Assembly: GCA_001799695.1 (NCBI GenBank)
Contig: MGTY01000063.1
Span: 23,255-87,254 of the forward strand
Reading direction: 5' to 3'
From: Elusimicrobia bacterium GWA2_69_24
Lineage (GTDB): Bacteria > Elusimicrobiota > Elusimicrobia > UBA1565
Length of the DNA: 64,000 bases
Below, piece after piece: positions 27,403-36,385 of the stretch (the first letter of the stretch is position 1; each line of letters begins with the position of its first letter). A program made the position numbers and the translations under genes. The notes under the pieces were generated by a model. It was not told the DNA's origin, did not search any database, and saw nothing but the letters and a program-made list of their open reading frames with translations.

Positions 27403-29300
27403 GGCCGCAGGAGCTCCTGGTCCGCGGGATACGCCGCGAGCTGCTCCCGGAAAGTCCCCACGCAATGCGGATAATGGGGGCAGCCCAGGCAGGTCTCGGG
27501 CTTCACAAAACTCTGGTGGAGGATGTAGAGCTTGATGGAATCCGCGATCCTGGCGCCGGCGATGACCGGCGAACGCTGCCCCCTCCGCGGGAGGTTGACG
27601 GCGCCGCCCCGGGGACCGCGGTCCCCGGGCCGCGGCACCCGCCGCTGGATGCAGACCGGGAAGGCGGCCAGGGACCGGGACCGCACCTCGCGCAGGATCT
27701 GCTCGTAGGAGGGGGCCAGGTCCGCGTAGGGCAGGTTCATGCTGTCGGGGTCCTTGGGCCGGAGCGGGAGGATGCTGAAGGGGAGCTTCATCTCCTGGAG
27801 CGCCCAGCGCTCCAGCTTGGCGACGGAGCGCAGGTTCTGCTTCATCAGATTGGTGTGGAGATAGACCTCCGCCCCGCCCACGCGGCGCAGGTTCACGATA
27901 CCCGCCACCACGTCGCGGAAGCTCCCGGGGCGGCGGGTCAGGGCGTCGTGCTCGTCGGGGTCGCTGGAGTACACGGGGATGGGGAAGGACGTGGCGCCGG
28001 CCTCCACCAGCCGGCGCGCGAAGCCCGCGTCGGCCAGGAGCGTCCCGGAAGTCATGACCTCCACCTCCCGGAAGCCGCAGCGGCGGCAGAGGCGCAGGAT
28101 GTCCAGTATGCGGGGATGCAGGAGCGGCTCGTTGCCCAGGAGGGCGACCCGGGTCCGCCCCACCTTGAGGTTCTGCCGCATCGCGGCCTCCACCTCGTCG
28201 AAGCTCTGCCCGGGGTCCGCCACCTTGGCCTTGCAGAAGATGCAGTCCAGCAGGCAGCCGGAGCGCAGGAAATAGAACATGCGGTCCAGGTCCGGCAGGC
28301 GCAGGCGCAGGAAGCGGTCCTGCCCGCGGAAATCGGCCAATAGCAGCCCGCGCTTGATGGCCGGGTTCTCGGAGCGGTCATGGAACCCGCGGATAGGCTT
28401 CTTGAAGAAGGCGCAGAGGCTCAGGGCCAGATGCACGTTGTTGAGCCAGAGGCCCCGGGCCGCCCCGGTGAGGGCCGCGTTCGCGCGGGCAAGCCGTTCC
28501 CCCGGGCTCCGGAACAGGGCGTCCAGCCCGTCGAGGCCGCGCGCCGCGACCGCCGGGAAAGCCGCGCGGAGGCCCGGCCAGGGACCGTCGCCATGGGCGG
28601 GCCTCCAGACCAGCGCTCCGTCCGGACCCAGCCGGAGCTCGTTGGCCAGGAGCTCCGGCACCGGGTCCTCGTAGAGATTGAGCACGTCGAGCGGCTGGGG
28701 CCGGTCCCCGTGCTTCTGATTGAGCCCGCCCAGCCATTCCGACAGGCCGGCACGGAGCTTCCCCTCGGAGCCCGGCGGCCAGAGGACGCCGAGCTCCAGG
28801 CGCAGGCGCACCTTGGCCGGAGCCAGGGCTTCCAGCGCCTTGAGGCGGGGCCGCAGCGCCGGGAGGTCGCGCGGTCCGAGCACGGCTTCGAACACGCCCA
28901 GGACGCCCGCGGCCCGGAGGCGCCGCAGTTGGGCCGCGCTGCGCGCCAGCCCGGGTCCCTCCCGGGGACCGGCCCGGACCACGACCTCGGCTTCCAGCTC
29001 GCGGAGGGACCGGAGCAGCCCCGCGGGCACCGGCTCGGGGGTATCGAAGCTGAGGGAAAGCTCCCGCCCCTGCTCCAGCGCGGCGCGGTGGAGCTCACGG
29101 AGCGGGGCCAGCCAGAGGCCGCGGCGCCCCCACAACCCGCTGCCGCGCAAGGTCACCCGCAAGCGCAGGGGTCTGGAGGCGAGGAGGAGTCCGAGGGACT
29201 TCTCCAGGACGGCGCGCACCAGGGTCCGCCCGCCCTCGCGCGGCACGACCGTCAAGCCGTGCAGGACCCCGCCGGTGGACCCGACCTCGATCAGCCTCAC
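27399..29300 (-). CDS. two-domain radical SAM protein with C-terminal Cys motif (rSAM1; resembles HxsC-type maturases)
   Basis: GCLLDCIFC, GNEPLLHP, MTSG and C-terminal FVKPETCLGCPHYPHCVG; the N-terminal half lacks a CxxxCxxC motif. Confidence 0.8.
   Translation of the reverse strand: MRLIEVGSTGGVLHGLTVVPREGGRTLVRAVLEKSLGLLLASRPLRLRVTLRGSGLWGRRGLWLAPLRELHRAALEQGRELSLSFDTPEPVPAGLLRSLRELEAEVVVRAGPREGPGLARSAAQLRRLRAAGVLGVFEAVLGPRDLPALRPRLKALEALAPAKVRLRLELGVLWPPGSEGKLRAGLSEWLGGLNQKHGDRPQPLDVLNLYEDPVPELLANELRLGPDGALVWRPAHGDGPWPGLRAAFPAVAARGLDGLDALFRSPGERLARANAALTGAARGLWLNNVHLALSLCAFFKKPIRGFHDRSENPAIKRGLLLADFRGQDRFLRLRLPDLDRMFYFLRSGCLLDCIFCKAKVADPGQSFDEVEAAMRQNLKVGRTRVALLGNEPLLHPRILDILRLCRRCGFREVEVMTSGTLLADAGFARRLVEAGATSFPIPVYSSDPDEHDALTRRPGSFRDVVAGIVNLRRVGGAEVYLHTNLMKQNLRSVAKLERWALQEMKLPFSILPLRPKDPDSMNLPYADLAPSYEQILREVRSRSLAAFPVCIQRRVPRPGDRGPRGGAVNLPRRGQRSPVIAGARIADSIKLYILHQSFVKPETCLGCPHYPHCVGTFREQLAAYPADQELLRP
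27578..27638. repeat. 61-bp GC-rich dispersed intragenic repeat, copy B
   Basis: Matches 23009-23069; contains the perfect 22-bp palindrome CCCGGGGACCGCGGTCCCCGGG (27608-27629). Confidence 0.8.
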
Positions 29301-29313
29301 GGCTTATATGATA
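29301..29313 (-). promoter_or_regulatory. putative -10 element (leaderless start) of the radical SAM operon
   Basis: TATCAT 7 nt upstream of GTG 29300 in an AT-rich spot; no Shine-Dalgarno. Confidence 0.5.
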
Positions 29314-32300
29314 CTAAGACTTAGGCGCCGGCGGCGGCGGGACCGCGACCAGGCGCGCCTTCCAGTAACCGCCCTCGGTGAAGCAGCCCCAGCCCCAGCG
29401 GATCCAGCCCAGCAATGAGGACGCCAGCCATAGCGCCCAACAGAGCATGGCCAGCCGGTAGACCATGAGCGGCACGGAGAAGGCCCAGGCCCGCGGCAGG
29501 ACGGCGCCCGCCCGGTCCTGATACCACAACAGCTCGTGCGCGGAAGAGCCGTTCCCGCCGATCTGCATGTCGGGCAGGCCGAGCAGGCCCTGGGCGATCG
29601 AGGAGAACAGGCAGGCGAAAGCCACGAGGGTCAGGAGCCCCAGCCCCGCCTGCAGGACGTCGAAGCTCTCGTAATGGCCGAGGACGTTGCGCTTGCGCCA
29701 GCCCAGGGCCAAAAACCACAGGGCGACGACCGCGGCGACCGGGACGGGGGTCTGGGTCAGCCCCAAGGACAGCAGGAACCATTCCCGCGCTCCCAGCGGC
29801 GTCAAGCGGATCTTCCCCAGGCCCAGGCTGACCAGACCGAAGACGACGAGCAGGCTCCAGAACAGCACGGCCGGCCCCATCCGCGGCCCTCCGACGAAGA
29901 GCGTCCAGCGGTCCTCGGGCATGGACACGGAGAGGTTCGCGTTCACGCTCCCCAGACCCAGGTCCACCTTGGGGGTCCGGTAGGCCATGCCGATGCCCTT
30001 GGGCTCCCGCCAACTGAATTCCGCAATGTGCGTCCCTGGGCGGACGGGGAAGGTGACGTTGAGGCCCTCCTGCCGCACCGGCTCCGCGTTCCCGTCGATC
30101 TTGACTCCCTGGAGCTCCGCCCCGGGCGGCAGGACGAGGGTGTGCTGGCCGCCGCGGTTGGAACGCATGTGCAGCTCCAGCGTGGAATCCGTGGCCCGTA
30201 TTCCCGGCGCCGCGCGCAGGGCGACCCGGTCGAAGGTGATGGTCTGGCCGGGAACGCCCTCCGGCCGCTGGACGCGGATCTTGACCGACTCCCCCGGCCA
30301 GGGCCGCCATTCGCGGACCCGCGCGCCGGAATCGTCCGGGGCATGGACCGCGGGGATGCCCTCGGGTTGGGTGTTCCAGATGGGGCTGGCGTCCAGCCGC
30401 CAGACTTCGACCCAGGGCGACTTCCCGGGAGCCCGCAGTTCCAGGACCGGGGCCTGCTCCAGCACCGAGCTCCACTGGACCTGCGCGGTCTGCGGGCCCA
30501 TGCTGACCAGGGCCTTGCCCTTGGCGGTGCGCACGTTGGCGGAGGTGATGGATTCCCCGTCGAGGAGCGGGATCTCGAGCACCACGGCGGAACCTACCGG
30601 GGTCAGGCGCTCGACCGTGGTCGCGACCTGCCACGACAGCCCCAGGCTCAGCGTCCGCTCGACGCGCACGAAGGGCGGGAGGTTGGTCGCCTCCATGGCC
30701 GAAGCCGCCGCGGAGCGCCCCCCCCGCCGGGTGAGCTGGAGGTTGTCCTCCGCCTGCCCGTCCTCGTGGACCCCGTCCAGGATCCACCCCGCGACGGAGG
30801 ACTCCACGCGGTGCGGCTTGAGGGGCAGCGGTAGCTGCAGGGTCTCGCGCTCGGGGATCGGCCCCTCCATGCGGACTTCGTGGCTGCCCCGGGACAAAGC
30901 GACCCAGAGCGTGCCGTCCGGAGACAGCATGAGCGGCGCCCACGCGCCGTCGAGCTCGACCCGCGCCGGCAGCCATTGCTTCGCCCCGCCCGGCAGGGGG
31001 ACCGCGGTCTGCGCGTCGGCGTTGATGCGCAGGCGCAGTTCGAGGAGTTCGCCGGAGGCCCGCAGGCTCATCTTGGGCATGTCCGCGCAATCGGGCGAGC
31101 ACTCGGGCTCGGCCAGGAGCCGCCGCTTGAGCTCTTGCAGGATCTCCGGCGTCGGGGTGTCGGACGGCGCCGGGCTCTTCGCCGAGGTGGGGAAAGCGCC
31201 CGCCGCCAGCAGGAGGAGCGGCAGGAGCGCGCCCGCGGCCTTACGCCAGCCCTCGCGGGAACCCAGGGTCTTGAGCCAATCCTCCACGGGCAGATTGAAG
31301 AAGAGCAGGGCCAGGGCGATGACCAGACCCACGCGCAGCAGGGAGAGCATGAAGTTCAGCCACGGCGGGATCCATAGCAGGAAGAGCCGCTGGCCCCCGC
31401 GCACCGGTCCCCGCCAGGACAGGGATATCTCGTTCCAGGTCCAGCTGGGCAGGCCGGGCCCCGTGGAGACCTGCGACTTGGGGTCCGGGGCGTAGAGGTT
31501 GTACAGGCGGCTCGACACCTGCGGGGCCGCCTGCTTCGCTTCGGACTCCATGGAATTCAGCCGCGAGAGGGAACCCCGGAGCGCCTTCGCCCGCGAAGCC
31601 CGCTTCATCGGCGCCTTGCCGGCGAAGTTCCCGCCGCCGCCCGCCATCCGGCCGCCTTCCCCGGAATCGAAATCCGAAGTTTGTTCCGCAGCCGGGGAAG
31701 CCGGCTCCTCGGCGAGGGCACCCATCTGCATCATGTCCATCATCGTGATGCCGCCGCTCCCGCCGCGCAGCGAACCCCGCTCTAGCTGGGGATACAGGGC
31801 GTTGCGCACCTGCAGGATCAGGAAGGGGATGCTGACGAGCAGGAGGACGACCCACACCGCGTAGCGGTAGGCGCGGACCCAGCGCAGGAACACCCCTTCC
31901 GGCAGGGCGCGCACCAGAGCTTCCCCGGCCAGGGCGAAGAGCCAGACGTAGCGCGGGGCGGAGGGCTCATGCCACACGAGCCCGGCCGCGACCAGCCCGG
32001 CCGCCCCCCAGCGCCAGCCCCACAGCTTTCCGATGGAGAAGGCCAGGATGAGGACCAGGAAGAAATCGAGCAGGGTCCAGCGCGCCACCCAGGTGGGATA
32101 CGCCTTGTCCACTCCCCAGGCGTGGACCAGCCGCCAGCCCGGAGGCGTATGGATGCTCCCCTTGACCCGGTCGAAATCGTGGTTCCAGCTCACGGCGGGC
32201 ACGGCGGTCCGGCCGGGGATGCGGCTGTCCGCGCTTACGTCGAGGGTCCCCTGCCGGATCTCGATGCCCGCGGGGCCCCCGCTGGAAAGGGCGTTGAGGA

Positions 32301-33501
32301 ACTGGTCTTCGCCGGAGACCGCGGCCCGGCCGAGCTGCGTGCCCGGGGCCATCTCCAGGCGCCAGCTGCGCCGCAGGGTGCCCGCGATCCTGTCCTGCAC
32401 CGTCATTCCCCCCCCGTTGAAATCCAGCCAGAAGGTCCGGTCCAGGCTCAGGCGGTCCGCGGCCGGGTCCGCGTCTCCCCGGCGCCGCTCCACGAGCTTC
32501 ATCGTGCTGCCGGGACGCATGAGATAGGCGGCGAACTGCCGCCAGTCCTCGGGCAGTTCCGTCTGCTGGGGGTCGATCGCCGGCACCCCTTCCACGGACG
32601 CGAGGCGGAAGGAATCGTACGGGACGAATACCCAGGCTTCGTCGGAATCCCAGGCTCCCCCGGGCTCGGAGAGGGTGACGGCCGCGGCGGGCCCTTCGTG
32701 CCGGCCCTCCAGGCTCACGACCCAGTTCCCGGGCCGGACCTGCACGCGGAGCCGTCCATCGGGGTCGAGGCGCGCGGGCAGCGGGGACTGCAGGGCCATG
32801 GGGACGAAGCCCTCGGGCAGGGCCCGGCCCAGGACCACCTCCCGGTTCTCGCCGGAGACCTTGAGCTGGACCTGGGTCAGCAGGCGCAGCGGCACGTCGT
32901 CCTCCAGGCGGCGGTGGACGATGATGTCCATGCGCTTCTCCCCCGCCTGGACCCCGTGCGTGCGCTGCAGCCAGACCCGTCCCTGCTCGTCCCGCATCGG
33001 GAAGCGCGCCGCCGCCCCCCGCACGCTGAGGGAAAGGAGGCCGGTGTCGTTGGGGACCTGGAGGATCTCGGGGAGGGCGTCCCAGCGGAACGAGCCGCTC
33101 ACCGTATGGCGGCCGTCGGAAAGGCGCAGAGCCGGGGAGCCGCCCCTCAGGATGACGGGGGCGGGGGTCCCGTCCACCGTCGTCTCCTGGGGCCAGCGCT
33201 TCGCGTCGCCGGGGAGCGCGACCCAGGCCTCGCCGTACACCCGCCAGGACTGGGTGAAGGCGCCGCCCTTATCGTCGAGGGAGAGCTCGAGGCGGGAAGG
33301 CCAGAGGCAGCGATGCTCGCCGCCCGAGCCGTTGAGGGCGGGGCACTTCGCCTGTTCCTGCCCGTGCAGTGCCCAGCCGATCCACGGCTTGAGGGGTTCC
33401 GGGACGTCCTGGGGCGCCAGCGGACCGGCCGCCCGCAGCGGCGTCGGCGGGATGAACGCAAGAAAGCCGGCGCAGGACAGCACCGCGAGAAGAGTTCTCA
33501 T
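29314..33501 (-). CDS. large (1395 aa) membrane protein of unknown function with an internally duplicated architecture
   Basis: Signal peptide; two beta-rich extracytoplasmic regions each followed by TM helices; coding-like GC3 bias. Confidence 0.8.
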   Translation of the reverse strand: MRTLLAVLSCAGFLAFIPPTPLRAAGPLAPQDVPEPLKPWIGWALHGQEQAKCPALNGSGGEHRCLWPSRLELSLDDKGGAFTQSWRVYGEAWVALPGDAKRWPQETTVDGTPAPVILRGGSPALRLSDGRHTVSGSFRWDALPEILQVPNDTGLLSLSVRGAAARFPMRDEQGRVWLQRTHGVQAGEKRMDIIVHRRLEDDVPLRLLTQVQLKVSGENREVVLGRALPEGFVPMALQSPLPARLDPDGRLRVQVRPGNWVVSLEGRHEGPAAAVTLSEPGGAWDSDEAWVFVPYDSFRLASVEGVPAIDPQQTELPEDWRQFAAYLMRPGSTMKLVERRRGDADPAADRLSLDRTFWLDFNGGGMTVQDRIAGTLRRSWRLEMAPGTQLGRAAVSGEDQFLNALSSGGPAGIEIRQGTLDVSADSRIPGRTAVPAVSWNHDFDRVKGSIHTPPGWRLVHAWGVDKAYPTWVARWTLLDFFLVLILAFSIGKLWGWRWGAAGLVAAGLVWHEPSAPRYVWLFALAGEALVRALPEGVFLRWVRAYRYAVWVVLLLVSIPFLILQVRNALYPQLERGSLRGGSGGITMMDMMQMGALAEEPASPAAEQTSDFDSGEGGRMAGGGGNFAGKAPMKRASRAKALRGSLSRLNSMESEAKQAAPQVSSRLYNLYAPDPKSQVSTGPGLPSWTWNEISLSWRGPVRGGQRLFLLWIPPWLNFMLSLLRVGLVIALALLFFNLPVEDWLKTLGSREGWRKAAGALLPLLLLAAGAFPTSAKSPAPSDTPTPEILQELKRRLLAEPECSPDCADMPKMSLRASGELLELRLRINADAQTAVPLPGGAKQWLPARVELDGAWAPLMLSPDGTLWVALSRGSHEVRMEGPIPERETLQLPLPLKPHRVESSVAGWILDGVHEDGQAEDNLQLTRRGGRSAAASAMEATNLPPFVRVERTLSLGLSWQVATTVERLTPVGSAVVLEIPLLDGESITSANVRTAKGKALVSMGPQTAQVQWSSVLEQAPVLELRAPGKSPWVEVWRLDASPIWNTQPEGIPAVHAPDDSGARVREWRPWPGESVKIRVQRPEGVPGQTITFDRVALRAAPGIRATDSTLELHMRSNRGGQHTLVLPPGAELQGVKIDGNAEPVRQEGLNVTFPVRPGTHIAEFSWREPKGIGMAYRTPKVDLGLGSVNANLSVSMPEDRWTLFVGGPRMGPAVLFWSLLVVFGLVSLGLGKIRLTPLGAREWFLLSLGLTQTPVPVAAVVALWFLALGWRKRNVLGHYESFDVLQAGLGLLTLVAFACLFSSIAQGLLGLPDMQIGGNGSSAHELLWYQDRAGAVLPRAWAFSVPLMVYRLAMLCWALWLASSLLGWIRWGWGCFTEGGYWKARLVAVPPPPAPKS

Positions 33502-33577
33502 GAAGATCCCCCAGAGCAGGTAGCTTATCCGTCTCGGAAGGCCCCTGCAAGCGCTTCTTAGCCTAGCGCGCGGCGCG

Positions 33578-34141
33578 TCACTTGACGATCTTCAGCACGG
33601 CCCGGAAGCAGGGGTCCGTGCAGCGCTCCAGGAGCTCGAACAACGCGGTCTCCACGGTGGTGATGACGACGCCCGCCTGGCGCAGCCGGGCCAGCGCGGC
33701 CGCGTGGTCGACTTCCTTGCGGGAGCCGGCCGCGTCCGCGCAGAGGTGGACCTGGTAGCCCGCCGCGGCGAGGTCGAGCGCGGTCTGCAGGACGCACACG
33801 TGGCTCTCGATGCCGCAGAGGAGCGCCTGGCGGCGGCCGGTGGCCTCGAGCGCGGACAGGAACTTCGGCTCGCCGCAGTTGGAGAAACTGGTCTTCACGA
33901 CGGGGAGCGCGCCCGCGCCGAGCGCCGAACGCAGGACGGGATGGGTCGCGCCGATGGCGGCCGGGTTCTGCTCCGTCACGATGAGGGGCAGGCCCAGGGC
34001 TTGGGCGCCCGCGATCAGCCGCCGCGCCCCGCCCAGGACCCGCTCGCGGACCGCGGGCTCGTACACGCCCACGAGCTTCTCCTGGATGTCGATGACGATG
34101 AGTACGGCGCGGTCCCGCTGCAGCAAGGTCTCATAGCGCAT
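33578..34141 (-). CDS. isochorismatase family hydrolase
   Basis: VIDIQEKL, TEQ, KTSFS and GIESHVCVLQT. Confidence 0.9.
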   Translation of the reverse strand: MRYETLLQRDRAVLIVIDIQEKLVGVYEPAVRERVLGGARRLIAGAQALGLPLIVTEQNPAAIGATHPVLRSALGAGALPVVKTSFSNCGEPKFLSALEATGRRQALLCGIESHVCVLQTALDLAAAGYQVHLCADAAGSRKEVDHAAALARLRQAGVVITTVETALFELLERCTDPCFRAVLKIVK

Positions 34142-34144
34142 GCT

Positions 34145-35038
34145 CTACTCCTCGGGGAACCAGGGCTGGCGCACCAGCCGGTCCAGGTCGCGGTTCCCGC
34201 AATACATGAGATAGCCCTGGGCGTGCGCCCGCTCGTAGGCGAGCTCCTTCTTCGCGGGCTTGGTCACGAAATCCAGGATGAAGACGGTCTTCTCGGCCTT
34301 GACGGCGAGGTCCAGGAAGCGCTCGATCTTCTCGGTGACCCGGGGCGGGGTGGGCCGGCTTTCCGCTTCGTAGCCGAAATAGGCCCCGTCGCGGAGTATG
34401 CCGTTCACCGCGGCGAGATACGACTCGTCGGCCAGCAGCTCCTCGCCGTTCTGCGGGTACACGGCGAACCCGGTGAGGCCGCGGCTCTGGCGGGCGTAGC
34501 GGATGAGCCCCAGGACGAAGCGCTTCATCTCGTCCGGGGCGGTCTTGCGGCCCTGAGCGTCGAAGAACTTATAGGCGTCCACGCCGTCCAGGACCACTCC
34601 GTCGAAGCCGGCGTCGAGGATCCGGTCCAGGTAGCTGTCCGGCCCGCCGTAGATGAGCCTCTGCCACTCGCCTTCCCAGAAGCGGACGCGCCCCCGGTCC
34701 AGCCAGACGGGAGGGTCGTCCCCCCAGGAACGCTTCCAATAATAGCGGAAGTCCTGCGCCTCGGCGATCGGGAGATGGGCCAGGACCGTGCGGGGTCTGC
34801 CGGCCTTCCTCATCCGGGCGACCTCCTCCCGCGTCAGCCGCTTCTGGTCGCTCCCGTCCCGGGAGTAGTCCAGGATCAGTATGTCGAACGGAGCGGCCGC
34901 CAGTTCGTCGGGTTTGAGCCTCCGGAGCTGGACCGCGAAATGCGGGCCGCCGAGATGCGGGGGACGCTTCTGCGCCTCCCGGGCGTTCGCCGGCAGTGCG
35001 GCCGCGGCCAGCAGGACCGCCTCCATAAGGAGCCTCAT
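34145..35038 (-). CDS. GH114 / TM1410-like endo-alpha-1,4-polygalactosaminidase family protein
   Basis: ILDYSRDGS, AEAQDFRYYW, GFDGVVLDGVD and PQNGEEL; signal peptide. Confidence 0.8.
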   Translation of the reverse strand: MRLLMEAVLLAAAALPANAREAQKRPPHLGGPHFAVQLRRLKPDELAAAPFDILILDYSRDGSDQKRLTREEVARMRKAGRPRTVLAHLPIAEAQDFRYYWKRSWGDDPPVWLDRGRVRFWEGEWQRLIYGGPDSYLDRILDAGFDGVVLDGVDAYKFFDAQGRKTAPDEMKRFVLGLIRYARQSRGLTGFAVYPQNGEELLADESYLAAVNGILRDGAYFGYEAESRPTPPRVTEKIERFLDLAVKAEKTVFILDFVTKPAKKELAYERAHAQGYLMYCGNRDLDRLVRQPWFPEE

Positions 35039-35074
35039 GCCGTCGATTGTCGTGTTTGTGGCCCCCCTTGTCAA
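35039..35074 (-). promoter_or_regulatory. sigma70-type promoter, leaderless
   Basis: TTGACA-N17-GACAAT-N7-ATG. Confidence 0.65.
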
Positions 35075-35104
35075 TGGTGTCGCCGGTTGCTCTAATAACA
35101 CGCC

Positions 35105-36385
35105 ATGCCGCGCTTCCCGGACGGATTCCTGTGGGGCGCCGCGACCGCCGCCTACCAGGTCGAGGGCGGCAACGCGGGCTCCACCTTCGCCGCGTGGGAG
35201 AAGGTCCGGGGCTGGGAGCCGTGCGGCCTCGCCGCCGATTCCTGGCGGCGCTGGCCGGAGGACATCCGCTGCCTGCGCGAACTGGGGCTCGGAGCCTACC
35301 GCTTCTCCGTCGAATGGTCCCGGGTGGAGCCGCGTCCCGGGGAATACGACGAGGCGGCTCTCGCCCGCTATCGGGAGCAGGTCCGCGCCCTGGCCGAGGC
35401 CGGCATCCGGCCCATGGTGTGCCTCCATCATTTCTCCGAGCCGGCCTGGCTCTACGAGCTGGAGCCGTCGGGCTGGACCTCCCCGCGCTGCGCCGGATAC
35501 TTCCTGCGCTTCGTCGAGCGGGTCCTGGCCGCGTTCCAGGGCGAGGTCCGCGACTGGCTCACCTTCAACGAGCCCATGGTCTGGCTGCTCCTGGGCTACG
35601 GGCTGGGGCATTTCCCTCCGGGCCTCAGGTCCCTCTTCTCCCTGGAGCGCGTCCTCGGGGAGAACGGCCCCCAGGGCACGGTCCTGCGCGCCCACGAGGA
35701 GGCCTACCGCCTCATCCATCGCGCCGTGCCGGCTGCCCGGGTGTCCGTGGCCCAGAACATCGTCGACCTCCGGCCGGCGAGCGGGGACCCCGCGGACGCG
35801 CGGGCCGTGCGGGACCTCGACCTGCTCATGCACGGCCGCTTCCTCGACCGGGCGCATGCGGCCAAGACCCTCGACTTCATCGGAGTCAACTACTACACCG
35901 GGATCTTCGTGCGCGCCGCGCGCCTGCCGCTCTTCCCGGCCGGGGCCCTGCCGGGCTACGCGGAGCTGGAGCGGGCGCTGGGACCGCGGCTGTTCCGCCT
36001 GCTGGGCGGCCGGCGCGGGGAGGCGCCCCGTTCGGACATGGGCTGGGAGGTCGTACCGGAGGGGCTCGGCCGGGTCGTCCGGCGGGTCTGGGCGGCCTAC
36101 GGCCTGCCCATCTTCATCACCGAGAACGGCGTGGCGGACGGGACCGGGGAGCTGCGCGCGGCGTTCCTCCAAGACCACCTGGCGGCTCTGCGCGGGGAGA
36201 TCGAACGAGGCGCGCGGGTCCTGGGCTACCTGCACTGGAGCCTGCTCGACAACTACGAATGGGGGAGCTTCCGCCCGCGGTTCGGGCTATACTCGGTGGA
36301 CCGCGCCGGAGACTTCGCCCGCCGTCCGGCCCCCGGGGCGCGGGCCTACGCGGACATCGTCCGCGAGAACGAAGGAGGACTCTGA
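35105..36385 (+). CDS. glycoside hydrolase family 1 (beta-glucosidase-like)
   Basis: FLWGAATAAYQVEG, TFNEP and ITENG catalytic motifs, WSLLDNYEW. Confidence 0.95.
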   Translation: MPRFPDGFLWGAATAAYQVEGGNAGSTFAAWEKVRGWEPCGLAADSWRRWPEDIRCLRELGLGAYRFSVEWSRVEPRPGEYDEAALARYREQVRALAEAGIRPMVCLHHFSEPAWLYELEPSGWTSPRCAGYFLRFVERVLAAFQGEVRDWLTFNEPMVWLLLGYGLGHFPPGLRSLFSLERVLGENGPQGTVLRAHEEAYRLIHRAVPAARVSVAQNIVDLRPASGDPADARAVRDLDLLMHGRFLDRAHAAKTLDFIGVNYYTGIFVRAARLPLFPAGALPGYAELERALGPRLFRLLGGRRGEAPRSDMGWEVVPEGLGRVVRRVWAAYGLPIFITENGVADGTGELRAAFLQDHLAALRGEIERGARVLGYLHWSLLDNYEWGSFRPRFGLYSVDRAGDFARRPAPGARAYADIVRENEGGL

